Shown here: in pieces, positions 28,660 through 39,043 of the stretch
Layout of the letters: each line of letters begins with the position of its first letter
Position numbering within the stretch: the stretch's first letter is position 1
Assembly (NCBI GenBank): GCA_024654625.1
Contig: JANLHB010000016.1
Location: 137 to 64,136 of the forward strand
Direction: 5' to 3'
Length of the DNA: 64,000 bases
DNA from: Patescibacteria group bacterium
GTDB lineage: Bacteria; Patescibacteriota; Minisyncoccia; GCA-002772825
The notes under the pieces: model-generated
Told to the model about the DNA's origin: nothing
The model's input: the letters and a program-made list of their open reading frames with translations, nothing else
The model's database searches: none
Made by a program: the position numbers and the translations under genes

Positions 28660-30570
28660 ATGCCTGAAGAGAATGATAATATAGAAAAGTTAAAGATGAA
28701 GCTTTATAGAAAAGGGGCTTCTTTTCAGAAAAGGATAAAACGTCCGTCTCTTGGCGCCGGAATTAAGCTTGAGGAATCAGAAGATAAAGCTCAATGGGAC
28801 CCTTCTTTAAATATGACAAAGAAAAAGACTTTTATCTCTAAAATGATGCGTTTCGCGCTTCTTTTTGCCGGCATATTTTTTTCTGTCTCGCTCCTTGCGA
28901 CTGCTTATCTTTGGGATAAGGGATTTAATTTTATATCTTCCGGCGATATTGATATTATCTTTGAAGGACCTGAAAGCGTGTCAGGAGGAGAGCTTAATAG
29001 TTGGAGAATTATCGTTGAGAATAATAATAATGCTCCTCTTGAATTTGCCGATCTTATCTTGGAATATCCTTCCGGAACACGCGACTTAAAAGATGAAGAT
29101 AAATCTTTGAAAAAAAGATACCCGCTTGGACAGATAGCTCCGGGTGATAAGTCTGTTGAGGTTGTGGATCTTATCTTTTTTGGAAGTGCCGGTAGCGAGA
29201 AAGTTATAAATGCCACTTTGGAATACAGGATCACCGGATCAAATGCTATTTTTATTAAGGAAGTGAAAAAAATTGTTAAATTATTTGAATCTCCGGTAGA
29301 GGTTGCCATAAAACTTCCTTCGGAAGTAAATGCCAGACAAGAGATGAGTTTAGAGGTGGAATACATTTCTAATTCGGAAAGTGTTATTGATGGACTTGTT
29401 TTGCAAATGGAATATCCGCCCGGTTTCCAATTTAAAGACAGTAGTCCAAAGGTATCTTCCGATAAAAATAATTTATGGAACATCGGTACTTTGGAGCCCG
29501 GGAAGAAGAGAATTATAAAAATTAATGGCATTATGGACGGGGTTGATTTGGACGAAAAAGGATTTTTAGCTCAAGTTGGAATCATAAATAATAATGAGCT
29601 TGAGGTGTATGGAGAAGCCAGGGAGACAGTTGTCCTTAAAAAGATGCTTTTGGATCTCGCGATATTTATAAATGGAAACGACGATAAAGAGAATGTCGCT
29701 TTTTTAGGTGATATTATGCGAGTTGATATATTTTGGAGGAATAATCTGCCGGTTAGAATAGAAAATGGAACTATTGAAGTAAAAATAACAGGAAAAGCTG
29801 CCAATCCTCAGTCTATTTCTCCTGTAAACGGTTTTTATCGCGTTTCTGACCAGGCCTTAGTTTGGAATGCTTCATCAGTGCCGGAGTTTAGATTTATAGA
29901 GCCAGGCGAAGAGGGGAAAGTCAGTTTTACATTTTCCATGCTCAGTAGCTTGATTCAAGGAAATATAAATGATAAAAATTTTGTAGTGTCTTTAGATGCG
30001 AGTATCTTTGGTAGGAAGGCAACGGGAGTCGCTGGTGATACTGAAGCGAGAAGCGCAACTAAGAAAGATATAAAGATAGCTTCTAATCTTCAATTTGCGT
30101 CACAAGCGCTTTATTATGAAGGAGTTTTTACTAATTCCGGTCCGCTTCCTCCTAAAGCCGGAGAGAAAACGACTTATACGATAGTGTGGTCTCTTTCTAA
30201 TTCTACAAACGATGTTTTAAATGTGACGGCGAGAGCTTTCCTTCCTTCTTATGTTGAGTGGGAGGGGTCTCTGTCTCCGCAAGATGCTATTGTTTCTTAC
30301 GATAAAAATACCGGTGAAGTTGTATGGAAAGCGGGCCTTATTTCTGTCGGAACCGGAGTATTAAATCCGGCAAGAGATATCTCTTTCCAAATAAGACTTA
30401 TTCCTTCTCTTTCTCAGGTTGGCTTAGCGCCCAGTCTTATATCAGAAGTCGTAATTGAAGGGAAGGATTCTTTTGTCGGTACGGATATTAGGAAAGTTAA
30501 GGGATCGTTAAGCACTAGACTTGACAATGATCCTAAATTTAATCTTAATCAAGATAAAGTGGTCCAATAA
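28660..30570 (+). CDS. Membrane-anchored protein with repeated Ig-like (DUF11-like) domains
   Basis: Single TM then beta-rich repeats, LWNIGTLEPG, GPLPPKAGEKTTYTIVW. Confidence 0.65.
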   Translation: MPEENDNIEKLKMKLYRKGASFQKRIKRPSLGAGIKLEESEDKAQWDPSLNMTKKKTFISKMMRFALLFAGIFFSVSLLATAYLWDKGFNFISSGDIDIIFEGPESVSGGELNSWRIIVENNNNAPLEFADLILEYPSGTRDLKDEDKSLKKRYPLGQIAPGDKSVEVVDLIFFGSAGSEKVINATLEYRITGSNAIFIKEVKKIVKLFESPVEVAIKLPSEVNARQEMSLEVEYISNSESVIDGLVLQMEYPPGFQFKDSSPKVSSDKNNLWNIGTLEPGKKRIIKINGIMDGVDLDEKGFLAQVGIINNNELEVYGEARETVVLKKMLLDLAIFINGNDDKENVAFLGDIMRVDIFWRNNLPVRIENGTIEVKITGKAANPQSISPVNGFYRVSDQALVWNASSVPEFRFIEPGEEGKVSFTFSMLSSLIQGNINDKNFVVSLDASIFGRKATGVAGDTEARSATKKDIKIASNLQFASQALYYEGVFTNSGPLPPKAGEKTTYTIVWSLSNSTNDVLNVTARAFLPSYVEWEGSLSPQDAIVSYDKNTGEVVWKAGLISVGTGVLNPARDISFQIRLIPSLSQVGLAPSLISEVVIEGKDSFVGTDIRKVKGSLSTRLDNDPKFNLNQDKVVQ

Positions 30571-30592
30571 TCTGATATAACTAATATAAAAT

Positions 30593-31900
30593 ATGGAAAA
30601 TAAAATGGAAAAAATAGTATCTTTGGCAAAACGGCGCGGGTTTATATACCCTGGTTCTGATATTTATGGAGGACTTGCCGGCACGTGGGATTATGGACCG
30701 TTGGGCGTTGAGCTTAAAAATAATGTGAAGGATCTATGGTGGAGGATGTTCGTGAAAGAGCGCGAAGATATGTATGGCGTGGACGCGGCGATTCTGATGA
30801 ATTCAAAAGTATGGGAAGCGTCAGGGCATGTTTCCGGTTTTTCAGACCCTCTTGTAGAATGCAAGAAATGCCACAAGCGCTTTAGAGCTGATCATTTGGA
30901 AGATGATAAATGCCCTGTCTGCGGAGGCGAACTTACTAAAGAACGTCAATTTAATATGATGTTTAAAACTCAAATTGGCGCTATGGAGGACAGTGCCGCA
31001 ATCTCATATTTGCGGCCTGAGACAGCGCAGGGAATTTTTGTAAATTTTAAAAATATTGTTGACTCATTTCACCCAAAGATTCCTTTTGGTGTCGGACAGA
31101 TAGGCAAAGCGTTTCGCAATGAAATTACTCCGCGCGATTTTATTTTCCGCGTGCGTGAGCTTGAACAGATGGAAGTGGAATATTTCATACACCCTGCTCT
31201 ATGGGAAAAATATTTTGATATGTGGAAGAATATTATGTGGAAGTGGATAGAAGCAGTGGGTATTAAAAAAGAGAGCGTGCATGAGCATGAGATAGAAGAT
31301 GGGGAACGCGCGCATTATTCAAAACGAACAATTGATTTTGAATTTGATTATCCGTTTGGCAGGAAAGAGCTTTATGGTCTTGCGTATCGCACTGATTATG
31401 ATTTGGGTAAGCATAGCGAACACTCTGGCGTGGCTCTTGATTATACTGATGAAGAGACGAAAGAGAAATTCATTCCTCATGTAATTGAGCCGTCACTTGG
31501 TCTTGACCGGACTATTCTTGCTGTATTAATTGACGCATATACGGAAGATGAGTTAGGAGGCGAGCCTCGCATTTTCCTTAGACTTAAGCCTCATATTGCC
31601 CCTGTAAAGGTAGCTGTATTCCCGCTTCTCAAAAACAAGCCTGAACTTGTAGCTAAGGCGCGCGAGGTTTACAGTATGATTAAAAAAGAAGTTCCGCAGA
31701 TAATGTTTGATAGTAACGGCAACATCGGCAAAAGATACAGAAGACAAGACGAGATAGGGACACCTTATTGTATAACTGTGGATTTTGACACATTGGAAGA
31801 CGGCACTGTAACCTTAAGAGACAGAGACACTGGGAAGCAAGATCGTATAAAGATTTCTGAAATAACTGCATCGTTGAAAGAAAAAATTAATTTTATTTAG
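30593..31900 (+). CDS. glyQS: Glycyl-tRNA synthetase, homodimeric (alpha2) type
   Basis: YLRPETAQG, GKAFRNEITP, IEPSLG, IGKRYRRQDEIGTP. Confidence 0.95.
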   Translation: MENKMEKIVSLAKRRGFIYPGSDIYGGLAGTWDYGPLGVELKNNVKDLWWRMFVKEREDMYGVDAAILMNSKVWEASGHVSGFSDPLVECKKCHKRFRADHLEDDKCPVCGGELTKERQFNMMFKTQIGAMEDSAAISYLRPETAQGIFVNFKNIVDSFHPKIPFGVGQIGKAFRNEITPRDFIFRVRELEQMEVEYFIHPALWEKYFDMWKNIMWKWIEAVGIKKESVHEHEIEDGERAHYSKRTIDFEFDYPFGRKELYGLAYRTDYDLGKHSEHSGVALDYTDEETKEKFIPHVIEPSLGLDRTILAVLIDAYTEDELGGEPRIFLRLKPHIAPVKVAVFPLLKNKPELVAKAREVYSMIKKEVPQIMFDSNGNIGKRYRRQDEIGTPYCITVDFDTLEDGTVTLRDRDTGKQDRIKISEITASLKEKINFI

Positions 31901-31902
31901 TT

Positions 31903-33183
31903 ATGAAATATGAAAAGTATACTTTAAAGAATGGCCTTCGGGTTATTATCGTCCCGATGAATAATACTCAGTCGGTTGTTTTTCAAGTGCTTGTTAAAAC
32001 CGGCTCTAAGAATGAAGATAAAAAGATAAATGGTATCTCTCACTTCCTGGAGCACCTTGTGTTTAAAGGTACCAAGAAAAGACCTAAGCCTGGGACAATA
32101 AGTAAAGAACTTGATCGCATTGGGGCGGATCATAATGCTTTTACAGGCAAAGAGATTACCGGTTTTTGGGTAAAATTAGCCTCAAAGGATTTTGATATAG
32201 GTTTTGATGTTATTTCAGATATGGTCTTAAATCCGATTTTTGACACTAAAGAGATAGAAAAAGAGAGAGGAGTAATCTTGCAAGAGATTTCTTCTTATGA
32301 AGATCAGTTTAGTAGCAAGGCATTGATGTATGTCGAAGAGATGCTTTATGAAGGTAACCCTCATAGTATGATGACTCTTGGTACTAATGATAGCGTAAAA
32401 AATATTTTAAGGAATGATATTTTGAAATATAGAAAAGAACGATATATTTCAAATAACATGATAGTAATAGTCGTCGGCAATATAGACGGAAATGATGCTT
32501 TGAAAAAAATTAAAAAAGTCTTTAGCAAGCTTAAGGCCGATAAAGAGCATAAAATTCCACCGCCAAAGATTAAACAGAATGATATAAATATAAAAATTAA
32601 AAATAAAAAATGCGACCAGTCTCATCTGGCTGTTGGAGTGCGAGCTTACGGATTATCTAATGAGAAAAAATATATACTTGAAATTTTATCTGTGGTCCTT
32701 GGTGGAAACATGTCATCCCGTCTTTTTAAAGAATTAAGAGAAAAGCGCGGTTTGGCTTATTATGTTGGCGCAAGCAATATGGAATATGAGGATTCGGGAT
32801 ATTTGCTCATGCGAGCCGGAGTACCAAAAGATAAGATCAATACTGTTTTTCAGGTATTTTCTAAATTATTAAATGATTTTAAGAAGCGTCCAGTATCAAA
32901 AAGTGAACTTCACTCTGCTAAAGAGTTCATAAGAGGGAAGATGTCATTGACTCTTGAACATACTGAATACGTGGCCGATTTTTTTGGTGAACAAGAGCTT
33001 TTTTATAATAAAATTCTTACTCCTCAAGAGATTATGGAAAAGATTGAAAAAGTTACCGCAAGTGATATTATGAAAGTAGCTGGTGACATCTTCCGTCCGG
33101 AAAATATCAACATAGCCGGTATTATCCCGGAGGATGGTAAGAGTATGGATCCTGATAAAATAAGAAATATATTCTTAAAATAA
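31903..33183 (+). CDS. M16 family zinc peptidase
   Basis: HFLEH (HxxEH), SSRLFKELREKRGLAY. Confidence 0.92.
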   Translation: MKYEKYTLKNGLRVIIVPMNNTQSVVFQVLVKTGSKNEDKKINGISHFLEHLVFKGTKKRPKPGTISKELDRIGADHNAFTGKEITGFWVKLASKDFDIGFDVISDMVLNPIFDTKEIEKERGVILQEISSYEDQFSSKALMYVEEMLYEGNPHSMMTLGTNDSVKNILRNDILKYRKERYISNNMIVIVVGNIDGNDALKKIKKVFSKLKADKEHKIPPPKIKQNDINIKIKNKKCDQSHLAVGVRAYGLSNEKKYILEILSVVLGGNMSSRLFKELREKRGLAYYVGASNMEYEDSGYLLMRAGVPKDKINTVFQVFSKLLNDFKKRPVSKSELHSAKEFIRGKMSLTLEHTEYVADFFGEQELFYNKILTPQEIMEKIEKVTASDIMKVAGDIFRPENINIAGIIPEDGKSMDPDKIRNIFLK

Positions 33184-33184
33184 T

Positions 33185-34240
33185 ATGGAAACAAAAAATG
33201 AAAAAAATATAATAATAAGTATTACAAGTGGAAGTATCTTAAAGATAATAGTCTTTGTTGCGGCCGTTTTGCTTCTATACATTTTGCGCGATATGGTGGC
33301 TGTGATTTTAACCTCTGTTGTTATCGCTTCAGCTGTTGAACCGGCAGCTCGATGGTTTGAAAATCGCCGCATACCCAGGGTATTTGGTGTTTTGTTTGTT
33401 TATCTAATATCGTTTTTGATAATAGGGGCGATATTTGTCTTTATTATTCCACCTGTCTTTAGTGATTTATCAGGCTTTACAGAGACAATACCAAGTTATC
33501 TCAATAGGCCGTTTGAGTCCGCGACTTTTTCATCGTTTATAACGAGTATTCCGGAATCTCTATCTGTAGCTATCTCAGACCTTACTAAAGTTCTTGAGGC
33601 TTCCAGCGGCAAGATAACTTCAGGATTTTTCCAGGCGGCATCTGCTGTTTTTGGAGGGGCGCTTTCATTTATTCTTATCGTTGTTATTTCATTTTATCTT
33701 TCTGTCCAAAAGGGAGGTTTGGAGAATTTTTTACGGATTATAACTCCCGACAGTGAAGAGCAGTATGTTGTAAAACTTTGGCGGCGAGCTGAACAGAAGA
33801 TAGGGCTTTGGCTTCAAGGGCAGATTCTCTTAGGTGTTTTGGTGGGGATTTTAGTTTATCTGGGACTTACTATTTTAGGAGTGAAATATGCTCTTGTTTT
33901 TGCCATTATTTCAGCTCTCTTTGAGCTTATACCTATTTTCGGGCCAATTATGGCTTCTATACCGGCAATAGGCGTGGCATTTCTTGAGTCGCCTACTCTA
34001 GGCCTTATGGTTATTGGCCTTTACTTAGTCATCCAACAGTTTGAAAATCATTTAATTTATCCTCTTGTTGTAAAGAAAATTATCGGTATCCCTCCGATAC
34101 TTGTAATTCTTTCTCTAGTTATCGGCGGCGAATTGGCCGGTTTTTTTGGAGTGCTTTTGGCTATTCCTGTGGCGACTGTTTTAATGGAGCTTTCAAAAGA
34201 TATCGCGGAAAGAAAGCATATTTTTGAAAAGGAAATATAA
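33185..34240 (+). CDS. AI-2E family transporter
   Basis: ELIPIFGP, QQFENHLIYP, GVLLAIP. Confidence 0.88.
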   Translation: METKNEKNIIISITSGSILKIIVFVAAVLLLYILRDMVAVILTSVVIASAVEPAARWFENRRIPRVFGVLFVYLISFLIIGAIFVFIIPPVFSDLSGFTETIPSYLNRPFESATFSSFITSIPESLSVAISDLTKVLEASSGKITSGFFQAASAVFGGALSFILIVVISFYLSVQKGGLENFLRIITPDSEEQYVVKLWRRAEQKIGLWLQGQILLGVLVGILVYLGLTILGVKYALVFAIISALFELIPIFGPIMASIPAIGVAFLESPTLGLMVIGLYLVIQQFENHLIYPLVVKKIIGIPPILVILSLVIGGELAGFFGVLLAIPVATVLMELSKDIAERKHIFEKEI

Positions 34241-34247
34241 TGCTTTA

Positions 34248-35702
34248 ATGGAAAAAGGTAAATTTTATATAACAACAACTCTCCCTTATGTTAATGCCGA
34301 TCCGCATCTTGGTCATGCTCTTGAGTTAGTTGAGGCCGATATTGTCGCTCGTTTTCATAGGGGGCTAGGTGAAGAGGTATTTTTTAATACCGGGACAGAT
34401 GAGCATGGTCTTAAGGTCTACAGGAAGGCGCAAGAGAAAGGAGAGATAGTTCAAAATTATTGCGACTCTTGCGCCGAGAATTTCAGGAAGCTGCAACCGG
34501 CTCTTAATCTGACAAGCGATGCTTTCATCCGCACTACAGACAGCCACCATAAAGAGGCGGCGCAAGAATTTTGGCGCAGGTCTTTTGATGCCGGCGATAT
34601 TTATAAGAAAAATTATAAAATAAAATATTGCGTCGGTTGCGAGCTTGAGAAGACTGATTCTGATCTTAAAGACGGCAAATGTCTGGATCATCCTAATTTG
34701 GAGATAGAGGTAATTGAAGAAGAAAATTATTTTTTTCGTTTTTCTAAATATCAGGACAGGCTGATTGATTTTTATGAGAAAAATTCTTTTTTTGTTCTGC
34801 CGGAGAAAAGATTTAATGAAGCGAAAAAATTTGTAGAAAGCGGTATTTCCGACTTTAGTATCTCTCGTCTGAAAGAGAAGATGCCATGGGGAGTGCCTGT
34901 GCCGAACGATCAAGATCATGTGATGTATGTTTGGTTTGACGCTTTGGTGAATTATATTTCTACTCTTGGCTGGCCTGAAGACGAAAAAAAATTTCACGCT
35001 TTTTGGCCCGGTGTTCAATTAGCGGGTAAAGATAATCTCAGACAACAAGCTGTAATGTGGCAGGCTATGCTTATGTCTGTCGGACTGCCAAATACCACTC
35101 AGGTTGTAATACATGGTTTTATAACAAGTAACGGACAGAAGATGTCAAAGACTTTAGGCAATGTTATAAACCCTTTTGACATAGTAGAACGTTATGGAAC
35201 AGACGCTTTGCGGTATTATTTAGCGCGCGAAGTTTCTCCTTTTGAAGATAGTGATTTTACAGAGGAGAAATTCAAAGAGGCTTATAATGCCAATCTGGCA
35301 AACGGCCTTGGCAACTTAGTCTCAAGGACTATGAAGATGTTTGTCGCTTATGATGTTTATAATTATGGTTTTGAGTTCAATTTTAGTCCATTTGAAGAAA
35401 TGGTAAAAAGTGAGAGTTATAGGGATTATAGAGAATTTATAGCAACTTTTGAGTTTGGCAAAGTGATGGATTTTATTTGGGAGAGGATAGGCGGTATTGA
35501 TAAACGCATACAGGAGACTCAACCATTTAAATTTATAAAGACAGATAAAGAGAAAGCTATTGATGATGTTGCTGGTCTGGTTAATGAGCTTTGGGGTATC
35601 GCCAACTTACTCGCTCCATTTATGCCGGAAACTTCGCAAAAGATAAAAGAAGCGATAAAGGCAAATAAAATGCCGGAACCGTTGTTTTTAAGGAAAGAAT
35701 AA
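34248..35702 (+). CDS. metG: Methionyl-tRNA synthetase, short form
   Basis: PYVNADPHLGH, YVWFDAL, KMSKT; TATAAT 6 nt before ATG 34248. Confidence 0.95.
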   Translation: MEKGKFYITTTLPYVNADPHLGHALELVEADIVARFHRGLGEEVFFNTGTDEHGLKVYRKAQEKGEIVQNYCDSCAENFRKLQPALNLTSDAFIRTTDSHHKEAAQEFWRRSFDAGDIYKKNYKIKYCVGCELEKTDSDLKDGKCLDHPNLEIEVIEEENYFFRFSKYQDRLIDFYEKNSFFVLPEKRFNEAKKFVESGISDFSISRLKEKMPWGVPVPNDQDHVMYVWFDALVNYISTLGWPEDEKKFHAFWPGVQLAGKDNLRQQAVMWQAMLMSVGLPNTTQVVIHGFITSNGQKMSKTLGNVINPFDIVERYGTDALRYYLAREVSPFEDSDFTEEKFKEAYNANLANGLGNLVSRTMKMFVAYDVYNYGFEFNFSPFEEMVKSESYRDYREFIATFEFGKVMDFIWERIGGIDKRIQETQPFKFIKTDKEKAIDDVAGLVNELWGIANLLAPFMPETSQKIKEAIKANKMPEPLFLRKE

Positions 35703-36517
35703 TGAAGCCAAAACTTTTTGACATTCATTCGCATTTGAATTTTCCTGAGTTTGATAATGACAGGGAAGAGATAATAAAAAAAATGCAGGCAGAAGGTATC
35801 TTTACTATTGTTGTCGGTACAGATAAAGAGACTTCTAAAAGCGCCATAAAACTTGCAGAATCCGCCTCGGCGGATGATAACCTTTTCGCTTCTGTTGGCT
35901 TGCACCCGACAGATAAAGAAGATGGCGAGTTTTCCGCCCAAGGCGGACCAGTCTTAGGCTGGGATTATGGATATTATAAAAAGATTGCCATGCATCCTAA
36001 AGTTGTTGCCATAGGCGAATGCGGAATAGATTTATTTCGTCGGGAGAGAAGCGATTTAAAAAGACAAGAGGATGTATTTAGGAAGCATGTCAAGCTGGCT
36101 CTAGAGATAGATAAACCGCTGATGATTCATTGTAGGGACGCTCATAATGAAGTTTTAGAGATTCTTAATTCGTATTTTTTGATACATGGCGCTAAATTGC
36201 GAGGGAACATTCATTTTTTCTCAGGAGATATTGATATTGCGCAAAGATATTTTGACCTTGGTTTTTCAATCTCTTTTGCCGGTGTCATCACTTTTTCAAG
36301 AGATTATGATGAAGTGATAAAAAGGGCGCCTCTTGAAAGAATAATGATTGAGACGGATTCGCCGTTTGTAGCGCCAGCTCCGTATAGAGGCAAGCGCAAT
36401 GAACCGCTTTATGTGAAAGAAGTAGCTAAAAAAATCGCTGAAATAAGAGGCATCTCTTATGAAGAGGTGTCAGAGATTACGACAGAGAATGCATTAAGAA
36501 TGTTTTATGAACATTAG
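35702..36517 (+). CDS. tatD: TatD family nuclease
   Basis: DIHSHL, GLHP, AIGECGID, IHCR, IETDSPF..P...RGKRNEP. Confidence 0.92.
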   Translation: MKPKLFDIHSHLNFPEFDNDREEIIKKMQAEGIFTIVVGTDKETSKSAIKLAESASADDNLFASVGLHPTDKEDGEFSAQGGPVLGWDYGYYKKIAMHPKVVAIGECGIDLFRRERSDLKRQEDVFRKHVKLALEIDKPLMIHCRDAHNEVLEILNSYFLIHGAKLRGNIHFFSGDIDIAQRYFDLGFSISFAGVITFSRDYDEVIKRAPLERIMIETDSPFVAPAPYRGKRNEPLYVKEVAKKIAEIRGISYEEVSEITTENALRMFYEH

Positions 36518-36553
36518 TTGCAATATATAAATATATTTGCTAATATAGCGCCT

Positions 36554-37021
36554 ATGGACGAGATAGGGGAAATTAAATATGAAATTGAAGAAAATATAGA
36601 AGCCGACCCTAAATTGTATGAAATAGGGTATCTTTTGACGCCTTTAATACCGACAGACAAGCTGGCTGATGAGGTTAATCTGATCAGGAGCGCTATTGAG
36701 AAAGAAAAAGGTCTAATAGTCGGAGAGGAGGCTCCTAAAAGCAGGCAACTCGCTTATGAAATTAAAAAGTTTAATACTGCTTCTTTTGGCTGGATTAGAT
36801 TCATGGCAAGACCGGATGCTTTAGAAGGTATTAAAAAGAGTTTTGACGCCAATCTTAATCTTTTGCGATTTTTGATCTTAAATGCGGAAGAGGAAACAGT
36901 CTCTCAAAAACCATTTAAGACTATTAAAGCAAAAAGCGCAGAAGAGACACCTGAATCTTCTAGAGAAGAAATAAAAGAAGAAGAAATTGATAGAAAATTA
37001 GAAGAAATTGCAGGTTTATAA
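36554..37021 (+). CDS. rpsF: 30S ribosomal protein S6 with acidic extensions
   Basis: YEIGYLL, LAYEIKK, LLRFLI; upstream of ssb-rpsR. Confidence 0.85.
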   Translation: MDEIGEIKYEIEENIEADPKLYEIGYLLTPLIPTDKLADEVNLIRSAIEKEKGLIVGEEAPKSRQLAYEIKKFNTASFGWIRFMARPDALEGIKKSFDANLNLLRFLILNAEEETVSQKPFKTIKAKSAEETPESSREEIKEEEIDRKLEEIAGL

Positions 37022-37042
37022 AATTAATATTAATTTATATCA

Positions 37043-37489
37043 ATGAATTTAAATAAAGTTTTGCTTATAGGTAATTTGACAAGAGATCCTGAGTTGAGAA
37101 GTCTTCCTTCTGGAGCTCAAGTCGCTTCATTTTCAGTCGCTACCAACAGAGTATGGAAAGACCAAAGCGGACAGCGCAAGGACGATACACAATTTCATAA
37201 TGTTGTCGTTTTCGGTAAGCAGGCTGAGATAGTGGCGCAATATCTTAAGAAGGGGAGCTCGGCTCTTATTGAAGGGAGGATTCAGAATAGAAGCTGGGAC
37301 GGACCTGACGGAAATAAGCGCTACAGGACAGAAATTGTAGCTGAGAGAGTTCAGTTTGGTCCAAGGAGAACTGATGGGCAATCTTCTTCACAAGGAGCAG
37401 AAAAACATGAAGAAAGCGGTAAGAATGAAAGCGTTGATACTATAGAATATCCTGAAGACGATATTAACCCTGATGAAATCCCATTTTAA
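37043..37489 (+). CDS. ssb: Single-stranded DNA-binding protein
   Basis: NKVLLIGNLTRDPE, C-terminal DEIPF. Confidence 0.97.
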   Translation: MNLNKVLLIGNLTRDPELRSLPSGAQVASFSVATNRVWKDQSGQRKDDTQFHNVVVFGKQAEIVAQYLKKGSSALIEGRIQNRSWDGPDGNKRYRTEIVAERVQFGPRRTDGQSSSQGAEKHEESGKNESVDTIEYPEDDINPDEIPF

Positions 37490-37520
37490 TCTAAAAAGCT
37501 AAAAATTAAAAAGTTAAAAT

Positions 37521-37721
37521 ATGAAACAGTGTTACTTTTGTACAAATAATATAAAATTAGTCGATTATAAAGATATAGAATCTTTAAAGAAATTTATTGA
37601 TCCTTTGGCGCGCGTATTATCAAGGAGAAAGAGCGGTACTTGCGCCAAACACCAGAGAAAACTCACTATCTCTATAAAGCGCGCGCGTTTCTTAGCGCTT
37701 CTGCCGTTTATCGGAAGGTAA
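37521..37721 (+). CDS. rpsR: 30S ribosomal protein S18 (Zn-binding form)
   Basis: CYFC, DYKD, GTCAKHQR, KRARFLALLP. Confidence 0.95.
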   Translation: MKQCYFCTNNIKLVDYKDIESLKKFIDPLARVLSRRKSGTCAKHQRKLTISIKRARFLALLPFIGR

Positions 37722-37740
37722 AAATTGTAAATAATCGACA

Positions 37741-37767
37741 AAAAAATCGCCTAATTGGCGATTTTTT
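37741..37767. terminator. Bidirectional terminator between rpsR and efp
   Basis: AAAAAATCGCC-TAATT-GGCGATTTTTT. Confidence 0.75.
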
Positions 37768-37793
37768 ATTAGGACATATTTTAGTGAGAAAGA

Positions 37794-38372
37794 TTATTTA
37801 CTAACTCTGTCTGTGTATTCACCTGTCTCAGTATTTACGGTTATTATATCTCCCTCATTTATAAATAAAGGCACATTTACATTAGCTCCTGTTTCAAGCG
37901 TTACTTGCTTGTTTCCGCCCTGAGCGGTATTACCTTTGATTGTCGGCGGAGCTTCTGTGACTTTAAGTTCTACTTTTATCGGAAGTTTTATCCCGATGAT
38001 ACGATCCTCAAATGTTAACGCGTTAACAATAGTATTTTCTTTGAGGAATTTAAGGGCTGGGCCAATTATATCTTCAGAAAGGGCAAAACGTTCGCCAGGC
38101 TTATTCTCATAACAGAACCAGATTTCATTTTTTTTTGGATTGGAGTATAAATATTTAATTTGTTTGGTTTCCATTTCTGCTTCTACTGCTTTGTCGCTTT
38201 GATGGAAAGAATGTTCGACAATTCTTCCAGATATCATATTTTTCAATTTTGTCTGGTTTACCGGTTTTCTTTGTTGTTTACGGAAAACATGCGAGTCTAG
38301 GACTTCATAAGGTTCGCCTTCGAAGATTATAAACTTCCTCTGTCGTATTTCATTGTATTCTAACATTGCCAT
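37794..38372 (-). CDS. efp: Elongation factor P with atypical loop
   Basis: PPTIKGNTAQGGNK, LETGA.V.VPLFINEGD; RKQQRKP in place of KPGKG. Confidence 0.9.
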   Translation of the reverse strand: MAMLEYNEIRQRKFIIFEGEPYEVLDSHVFRKQQRKPVNQTKLKNMISGRIVEHSFHQSDKAVEAEMETKQIKYLYSNPKKNEIWFCYENKPGERFALSEDIIGPALKFLKENTIVNALTFEDRIIGIKLPIKVELKVTEAPPTIKGNTAQGGNKQVTLETGANVNVPLFINEGDIITVNTETGEYTDRVSK

Positions 38373-38480
38373 AATGACCTTATTTTATAGGATTTTAGGC
38401 CAAAAGTCCAGTTGCAACCTTTTTTGTTTCCAAAGTGTTATAATATATATAGAGATAATTATCGATTTTAAATTAATAAA

Positions 38481-39041
38481 ATGGATTTTGAAGATAAAAC
38501 AAAAAGCGACGAGGAGATTTTAAGTCTGTCTATTGATAGGCCGTCACTTTTTGAAATAATAGTCAATCGATACCAAAATGCTTTTTTGCGCAAAGCCAAA
38601 GATATTATTCATGATGATGAGCTCGCCAGGGATATTGTCCAAGAATCTTTTATGAAGATTTACATGAGTGCCTCTCGGTTTAGAGAAGTAGAAGAGGGGA
38701 GTTTCAAGGCTTGGGCGTATAGGATTATTTTAAATACAAGTTTTTCATTTTATAGAAAAAGACAAAAAGAGAGAATCTGGTTTGTTGATGAAGAAGTGGA
38801 GTTTTATGAGAATATTGCCGATGAGACGGATTATGTTAAAAGAAACGAACTTGAAGATTTTATAATCTCGGTATTTTCTAAGATGCCAAAAAGTTTAAGT
38901 AGAATATTGTCTTTGTATTATATAGAAGACAGGCCACAGAAGGAGATTGCGAAAATTGAAGGGGTTTCATTGCAGACCGTGAAGACTAGAGTTTATCGCG
39001 CCAAAAAAGAACTCAAGCGGGTTTGCGCAGATGTTGTATAA
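38481..39041 (+). CDS. ECF sigma factor
   Basis: DIVQESFMKIY, FKAWAYRI, TVKTRVYRAK. Confidence 0.9.
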   Translation: MDFEDKTKSDEEILSLSIDRPSLFEIIVNRYQNAFLRKAKDIIHDDELARDIVQESFMKIYMSASRFREVEEGSFKAWAYRIILNTSFSFYRKRQKERIWFVDEEVEFYENIADETDYVKRNELEDFIISVFSKMPKSLSRILSLYYIEDRPQKEIAKIEGVSLQTVKTRVYRAKKELKRVCADVV

Positions 39042-39043
39042 GA

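Noticed and set aside
28905-29531. Long antisense ORFs (also 24318-24791, 34365-35018, 42653-43135 and similar)
   Set aside because: They are shadows of well-supported genes on the opposite strand with no recognisable motifs
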